Shown here one piece after another: positions 56,076 to 64,000 of a DNA stretch of 64,000 bases (positions are counted from its first letter, which is position 1; each line of letters opens with the position of its first letter). This DNA is from Antedon mediterranea (Eukaryota > Animalia > Echinodermata): NCBI RefSeq assembly GCF_964355755.1, contig NC_092679.1, positions 7,222,201 through 7,286,200 of the forward strand, in the 5' to 3' direction. The translations under genes and the position numbers were made by a program. The notes under the pieces are model-generated. The model saw only the letters and a list, made by a program, of their open reading frames with translations. It did not search any database and was not told the origin of the DNA.

Positions 56076-58945
56076 ATCTCTGTTGATTACAGTACAATTC
56101 CTTTATTATCAAAAAATGGAAATTATATTACTCATTGACTTGCCACAGAAAAAAGAAATTTATTTCAGATATTTTAAATTATAGTCCCTCATCCCGGTTA
56201 TTACTTATACTTTCCTCAATGAACTTCTTCTGGCAATAACAGCTGCACCCACAATAGAGTGGAGGAGATGGTCACTTTGATAGAATTATATATTCTTTCA
56301 AATGTTCAACCATAATTTTCATATACTGTATGAAATTTAAGTGACCCTTAACTCACAAAAATCAGACACAAATTGGAATCCAAGAAAACAAAACAATTTC
56401 AAGCAGCAACACAATCATAGAAATTAAAATACCCTCGATAAATTAAGTTGAAAATCCATGTAGGAGGCCTGCTGCTCAATGTGTATTATATTGGTAATTG
56501 TAAATCATTTTAAGTATGTGCTTATTATTTATATCCTACCACTTAATTTTACCGATACGTTTTATAAAATGATATACTGATTACATTAGACGTTGGTAAC
56601 ATTAAACGAAACATTTTTATTGCAAATTTTCGCAGCTGTTTTTTTTTAAACCTAAATTGAATATTTAGAACTGCGATGAATGATTTTCTTTTCGATTCAA
56701 GTTATCGGCAATGTTATATTTACGTGAGGTAGATGGTACTTGATCGATATGTTGGGTGATCCTATGATATATGTTGTCAATTTATAAATTTTACGATAGT
56801 GAAATATAGATAATACCATGAAATGTATTGAGGCCTGTTTGAGGAAAATACTGATGAAATAATCTACCACATTCATTCATATCTATTTATTTTGGACTTC
56901 ACATTTCCGTAACAATAATCATAATAATAAACCACAAACTGTTTATACACGAGTTTAACTAGATTTAATCGACAAACAAAACATCTTTCCATTTTTGAGG
57001 AGCTTCGATTCTAAAAGAAAATGCTCTAATGTGTTATGCTTATTTTAATCATGGATATAAGGCAATTTAGATGTAAGTTTAGTAAAAATGATTAACACAA
57101 TATATATTATTTTATATGACAACATCATCCACGCAGCATCACATACTGCGCCACAGCAGCACATAAAAGTGTGAGGTGACAGATGTAGAACATTTCTGAA
57201 TATTAGTAAAGTAAATATGAGCATGACATGAACTACTTTCTTTCATTTAATTTTGTTGTCTTTGCAATAATCATAAAAAGCAGATTTATGACAAGAATTG
57301 CATTGCAAGTAAGTATGTTGTGCTCAGGTCAAATTGTAATCAGTTAGTTATATTAAATGTTGGTTAAATCCTAGTGTAGTATTTATATCTAATTCTTTCC
57401 ACTTCAGGATGGTCACAAGATCTTTGAATAACTTCAAATAATTCTCCAGGTTAAATGTCGCCTTTTTACTTGCCATAGTAAATTGTTTTGAATATTTTTA
57501 TAAGTGGTTCACTAGAGAACATTAACAATATAATAATAATAATTTTTTAATTCAAATATTCAAAGTCTTTTTTTTTAATCTTCATTTTTCATGTTTTTGG
57601 TGGAAAATACATCTTTAACTGTCTTGAAGTACAAATATATTTGTAACAGTTTCAGCCATTTAAATATAAGAGGTTTAGCAATTCAATTAATTTTAGGTCA
57701 TCAACCACGTACAAGCTTTAGCTTTTTGTTGGTCCTTTTCATCTTTTATTTTCTTTGGACGAATAAAATTAAATGAAAGTGTAAGTCCATAAACATGTGA
57801 ACCCCAGAATTATTACATTTTGGACTTCATAAAAATGTGTTTATAGAACACTAGATTAAAACACGGTCTTGGACAGTGGAAATTGCATATTTTGTTGTGG
57901 CATGTAAATGTCTGTTTACATCAACAACAAATTCTATACAAAGACAATGCAATACAAGACGTAACTACAACAATTAAAGCTTCTTTGAATTTTATTCATA
58001 TATTTATATAAGAAACCTTGTTTGTTTTTACTTGGAAAATCATTTAATAAATACAGTACATACAAAGTCATAACATTACTAAACAATTATTGACATTACA
58101 GAAAAATACATTTCTAGATTTTCCATGGGTTGCCAAAAGACCATAAGAGCTTATTTCCATTGTGGTCCTGTTGCCACTCTCTCTTCCAGGGCTACTCTCG
58201 TATAATATATATAATAATAGATGCATATAGATAGGCAAATCAACTTTTACTGTAGTATGACGTCAAGTAAGTGACCTTCCTTCGCCGGGGAACAAAACAG
58301 GCACGCATTCTACCAACAAATTATTGGACTATGTTTCCGTTTAGGATCGCACATGAGTGCTTGCGTACACTGTGAACATGGTTACCATGTCGGATATACG
58401 TCAGAATACGCTAGAAGCCATTTTGACATTTTTCAAAACCCTTTATTTTTTAAAATTTATATATCTACAAAAGTAAAAACATCTGTTATGATGAATTGTG
58501 AAGAAAATGATTAAAATAACATCCATTTTACATGCAGTCTTAAAACCTCATGATCGAAAATTGAAAACAATCGCAAGTCTTCATTTCATGTCTGCACACC
58601 ACCTGCTAATTGGCCGACTGCTCACACCTCGGCAATCGATTGTTTTTCTTAATCACTCGACAATGCTGATGGCATTTCTATCGTCTATTGATTTCATGGC
58701 ATAGTTTATCAATCATGCAATATGCTCAGCTGCGGATGTAAGTATAATGAAAAATTGCGCTGATTCTGTTGTCATGGCAATGCCTTTGTTGGGAGACACC
58801 ATCAGAGTGTCTTAATTGTTTTATACTGACATAAGTTGTCAACAATTGTTTACAGAGAACCACGACCTTGATGATGACCTTTGCCTCACTTATTAATTAA
58901 ATTTGTTTTTCATATTTTGAAAAGAAACATTTTGAAGCAATTGGT

Positions 58946-59081
58946 AGCTTTCAATTTGCGATGACTTAAGTCGTGTATTAATTGACGTTAGTATGTGTTA
59001 TCTCTTTATTTTTTTTCCCTAACATAGTTTTGGTGTTTTTTAGCTCCAGATATAGTTGTCAGTCATCGCAAATTTAAAACT
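58946..59081. mobile_element. Small MITE-like inverted repeat element
   Basis: AGCTTTCAATTTGCGATGACT ... AGTCATCGCAAATTTAAAACT (19/21 inverted match). Confidence 0.55.
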
Positions 59082-60987
59082 TTCTAAATGTATAATTAAA
59101 TTAATTTTTGTATACGGTTGCTGCCTGCTGCCTAACTCAGTTGCTATAGTATTCTTCTTTTCTTGATGAAGGAATAAAACATTTTCCACATCTTTTTGCT
59201 AATTTTTTTCTTTTTTATTAAACAATATTAATTAAATTACTCTAAACATGTCACTGTATAGCTTCCAAATATTAAATTGTAACAATTGAGCCAAAAATAT
59301 TGTGCTTTTTTTAGTTTTACTTTTCATTTAATATTGTACAAAGAATAGGAAAAATACCATTTAAAGATTTAAACCCAGCACCTTAAGAGGCTGCATTATT
59401 GTGTAATTATGAATTTGATCAAAGTAAACAAACGACTATGATCGTCCTAGATTTAATTGATTTCAAGATTCAGTAAAAGCCTCAAAGAAAGCATAAGTAA
59501 CGCTATTGTTGTTCTCCCTAATTGCTACTGAAATATACAACAGCTATATGATACCATTTGAATTAAAATAGCAGAGTCATCTAATAGATGTAGGAAAAGA
59601 TGTTTACGCACTCATGGAAGACCTTCATATTCTATTTGCCAGTCCGTTGTGGCCTATTTTAACGTTCTGTTTACTTCTGATTAAGGATTAGACACTCTGA
59701 ATACGATTGTTTGAACTGTAATAAGGCCTATTATTAGATAAATGGTCAATTTTAGTATACCAACTTGGTAGATGGATATAGAATTTGATGATGTCAGTCT
59801 TAAAGCCAATTCAGCTATATGCCATTACCGATGGCATAAAACCTTTACTTAATGGTATTTATAGAGTAATTTTGTATTAATTCACAGGCATAGTTAGAAG
59901 TTCTTATTAAGTTGTATGGTAAAATTAGAAAATTGCATCAAATGAAGAATTATTAATTCTGATTCAGATTTTGTAGTTCTTACAGAAATTCATGAAAATA
60001 ATATGTAACTCTTTGTCTATGTTTTTTATGAAATCACGTATTAATTGGATTGTATGACAGATGAAATATTGCAAGTAATTTTGACTGCTTTGGTAAAAGT
60101 TGTATTTTCTAATTTCAATTTAGTTTCAACCAAGAGTGTTTCAATTTATAAGAATAAGACTGAATATCGTTCCACCTGTATCTAATTTTTAAAAATTGAC
60201 TAAAATATTATTAAATCCATTTACAATCTTAAAATCTTACATTGGTCAAATTAGTCGGTGTTAAACTTCCGAATACAAGGTGAGATCGGGGGTGATGTCA
60301 GGTCGTTTACTGTTGCACTGAAAAATAATTTCATTTTTATTCAGACATTAAAACTGTAGTTTGTAATAAAAGAAATGATTTAAATGCTTCTAATTGGTAA
60401 TAAGTAGACCTACATTGCTTTTTTATAATTTTAACATTTTTTTTCAAATGCTTATTTATGTAAGCTTTATAAATCTTAATACATAAAGCTTGGATGTCAT
60501 TAAGTTGGTAAGCCATTGTTTCATTGGTAAGCCATTGTCCGTAGGTCTGCGATCTAGCAAAAGTTAACTGACTGAACAATAAAACAAAATGTTTAAAAGA
60601 AAAAGAAACCTTCTCGATAAACACTTAATATATACTGCATTAAAATATTTAAGTTATAACTAAGCGTTTTTAAATATTTATTTATTTATTTCTATCTCAA
60701 CAGCTGTAATTTGCCTTTGAATTGATATTTAATATATTATACATAATGGTTAGAACATCTGCATGTCAAGCAGAATATTACATGTTCGAATCTCAGTTGA
60801 GGCAGCTTTTTCCCATTATCACAGATTTCCTAATTTTTATAGATTAAAATGAATTAATTAAAAAAAAAAAAATATTTAGTATATCACCGGGTGGTTTATA
60901 ATTTCCTCTGTTGAGGACATAATTTAAAATATGTCGGTATTTATTTCCTCTTTTCAGAATCCCAATTGAAACATTCTTACAGATGTA

Positions 60988-63695
60988 TAGACCGGGCGCC
61001 CAGAAGATTTATTCATGTGAAAAGATACAAAAGGTTTGATGATGTAGTTAGGTGCGTATTAGGGCGAGATGCAATATTCGACATTGCTGTCTGGTCACAG
61101 CCTGTACGGGGCCTGTGGGGATCATAACATAGGGGGGTAAAAATCCATTTATTCATGTGAACCAATACAAGGATAAACTTTTTTGGATATCATTCGCAGT
61201 GGGCTACTAATTATTACATCACCAATGACAGCAACTTTATCCTGTACGGGGCGCCAAACAGCAACATTTTAGGGCCACGCCCAAATGGGTTTATTCATGT
61301 GAAGCGATACAAGGTTGAATCTTTTTTTAATGGCAGCAGTACATATTGGGGATGAAAAAAACACCAATGACAGCAACTTTATCCTGTACATAAGCTCAGA
61401 CAACAGCCCTAAAGGTCCGCAGTTTCCCCCTATTCGGCTATATACTCGGCGCGTATGTCGTCTTATGGTGTTCAGCTGGGTTAGAAATACGTGATACGGA
61501 CTCGGACTGAAAATAAATACACAGTAGAATGCTAAAACAATAAATAAAGAGAGCAGTTGTTTCCTGTACCAAATCATCAAACATCAAACTCTTAGGAACT
61601 CGCCCCAAATGGGTTTATCCATGAAGTATATGAATCATTTTTGAAAAAATGTTGTTTTTTTTTTCACTTTATCCGGTACACAGCAGCTCAAATGCCCGAG
61701 GCTCCATTCGTGATCAACAATGTCGATAATACAAACACATTCACGATAACGAGTGACTTTTATTTTACAATTGAAATATATCTTTATTTTGGAATAATAA
61801 ATAACACCAACAAAAACACTTAAAAAATAACTAACAGCAGATTTGTATTTTAGGGTAACATTTTGAACAATCAATATTATATCAAAATCATTATTTCGAT
61901 CAAAATAATATAATTTAAGAATATTTTTCAGATAAACTAAATAATTACACTCATAATGATCGACACCGGTACCGATTATTGTACATTATTATTATAACTC
62001 GATTTAAATATTGTTTTAATTACACACTAGACACTAGTGATATGTCTATATGAAAAAAGGCAACGAAATCTAAATTTGCAACATTTTGAATAAACCCATT
62101 TGGGCGTGGCCCTAAAATGTTGCTGTTTGGCGCCCTGTACAGGATAAAGTTGCTGTCATTGGTGATGTAATCATTAGTAGCCCACTGCGAATGATATCCA
62201 AAAAAGTTTATCCTTGTATCGCTTCACATGAATAAATGCATTTTTACCCCCCTATGTTATGATCCCCACATAGCCTGGGTGCAGTACAAATTTTGCGGGA
62301 AAAAAGTATAGGAAAATGTTTTTCTTTTTTTTCTGATAGAGTATACCATATAGAATGTCAGAAAAAAAATCCCCATCCCAGGGTCTTGGGTAAAAGTTTT
62401 TACGGCACTTTTAAATTTTGGCCTATATAACACACACAAATGCCTATTAACACACACAAATACCTATATATAGGGGATAGGGAAAACCAATTCACATTTT
62501 TTTTAACTTGGAGTTGTGTTATGATGATTAAAATTTGCTGAGGCTTACTTTAATAACTACTTCTCATAGTAGTTGATAAATCGAGTCGATAACAATGACA
62601 TCATAATGCCAGAATCCAATATGGCGTCCAATTTGGCGGAAAAAACAGGGTATTGCTAAACCCCGCAAACCCTTGCAAACCTCCAAAAAAACATAGCAAA
62701 CCCCACCGAACCAACATAAAAGTGATTGAATCATGTAGTGTACGACCCACTGGGTATATCCATGTAAAAAAAAAAAAAATTCTACTGTTAACTACTTATT
62801 TTTGGGGTAAAACATCATTTTTTAGTCAAAAATGATTGCTAAACCCTGCAAACCTCCAAAAAAACATAGCAAACCCCACCGAACGAACATAATAAAAGTG
62901 ATTGAATCATGTAGTGTACGACCCACTGGGTATATCCATGTTTTTAAAAAAATAAAATTTATACTGTTAAATACTTATTTTTGGGGTAAAACATCATTTT
63001 TTGGTAAAAAATGATTGCTAATTTTTAACCAAAACATGATGTTTTATCCCAAAAATAAGTAGTTAACAGTAGAAATTTTAATTTTTTTTACATGGACATA
63101 CCCAGTGGGGCGTACACTCCATGATTCAATCACTTTTATTATGTTGGTTCGGTGGGGTTTTCTATGTTTTTTTTTTAGGTTTCCAGGGATTGCGGGGGTT
63201 TAGCAATACCCTGTTTTCCCCGCCAATTTAGACGCCATATTGGATTCTGGCATGATGATGTCATCGTATCGACTACTATGAGAAGTAGTTATTAAAGTAA
63301 GCCTCTACTAATTTTAATCATTAAAACACAACTGCAAGTAACAAAAACTGTTAATTGATTTTCCCTATCCCCTATATATAGGTATTTGTGTATGTTAATA
63401 GGAATTTGTGTGTGTTATATAGGCCAAAATTTAAAAGTGCCATAAAAACTTTTCCCCAAGACCCTGGGATGGGGATTTTTTTTCTGACATTCCATATGGT
63501 ATACTCTTTTCCTATACTTTTTTCCTGCAAATGTGTATAATAATTGTTCTGCACCCAGGCTACAGTAGGCCCCATGTACAGGCTGTGACTCGGCAGCAAT
63601 GTCGAATATTGCATCTCGCCCTAATACGCACCTAACTAAACCATCAAACCTTTTGTATCTTTTCACATGAATAAATCTTCCGGGCGCCCGGTCTA
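60988..63695. mobile_element. Academ-like non-autonomous DNA transposon with long TIRs
   Basis: TAGACCGGGCGCCC...GGGCGCCCGGTCTA termini and a 3-bp GTA duplication at 60985-60987 and 63696-63698. The left arm 60988-61297 pairs with 62088-62270 plus 63563-63695. TAG termini with a 3-bp TSD fit the Academ superfamily. Confidence 0.85.
62271..63562. mobile_element. Second Academ-like, almost fully palindromic element nested in the right TIR of the first
   Basis: TAGCCTGGGTGCAG...CTGCACCCAGGCTA termini, inverted arms of ~550 bp and an internal ~183-bp tandem duplication (starts at 62653 and 62836). Confidence 0.85.
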
Positions 63696-63879
63696 GTAAT
63701 AAAACAGTGTGAATGTTTGACTTATATATTTTTATCAAACCTTACTTTCTGAAATATAATATATAATTCATCAAATTTCTCCATAAATGTAAAACTTCTT
63801 TTGTTTCTAAACATAACTCTCAAAGATGTATTAAATATTCATTATCCTTAATATAAACAAAATATTTTTTTTCTTTCAG

Positions 63880-63936
63880 ATGACCATTGAAGAATCCCAA
63901 GTTGTATGTTCAGAAGCTAATGTTTCACTACATTTC
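63880..63936 (+). CDS. Candidate 57-bp exon of an unidentified gene that continues beyond the window
   Basis: Strong acceptor (TTTTTTTTCTTTCAG) and donor (GTAAGT); open frame MTIEESQVVCSEANVSLHF. Confidence 0.35.
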
Positions 63937-64000
63937 GTAAGTTCTGTATTGTAAATTGATGGATAGAACCTTAGAGTAAATCAATTACAATGCCTACGTA

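Noticed and set aside
57408-57449. Exon-like segment with a good acceptor
   Set aside because: There are stop codons in all three frames, so it cannot be a clean coding exon.
60742-60805. tRNA-like sequence (AATGGTTAGAAC...GTC...GTTCGAATC)
   Set aside because: The acceptor and T stems do not pair, so it is most likely a decayed SINE head rather than a tRNA gene.
48305-60984. In-frame TGA codons in candidate exons read as selenocysteine
   Set aside because: The exons themselves are uncertain, no SECIS or redox motif is recognisable, and TGA is common by chance in AT-rich DNA.

Overview
AT-rich, intron-rich animal genomic DNA. It is not prokaryotic; the repeat families suggest an invertebrate deuterostome such as an echinoderm, but that is inference. 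Four genes can be assembled exon by exon from GT-AG splice sites and recalled protein similarity: the 3' part of CPSF2 (+), a complete RPS6KA5/MSK dual kinase (+), PRORSD1/ProXp-ala (-) and BROX (+). The last two sit head-to-head across 339 bp. The final ~16 kb holds phase-compatible exon candidates of an unidentified gene. Introns and intergenic DNA contain RTE-X, CR1 and L2 LINE fragments, SINEs, non-autonomous Helitrons, a Kolobok-like element, a rearranged Gypsy LTR element whose pol fragment is inverted, nested Academ-like foldback elements, MITEs and minisatellites. There is no CRISPR array, rRNA or intact tRNA. I found no convincing new biological system. The best leads are the unidentified gene, possible alternative BROX C-terminal exons that would switch the CaaX box, and unusual transposon architectures. 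All homology calls come from recall, not from searches.
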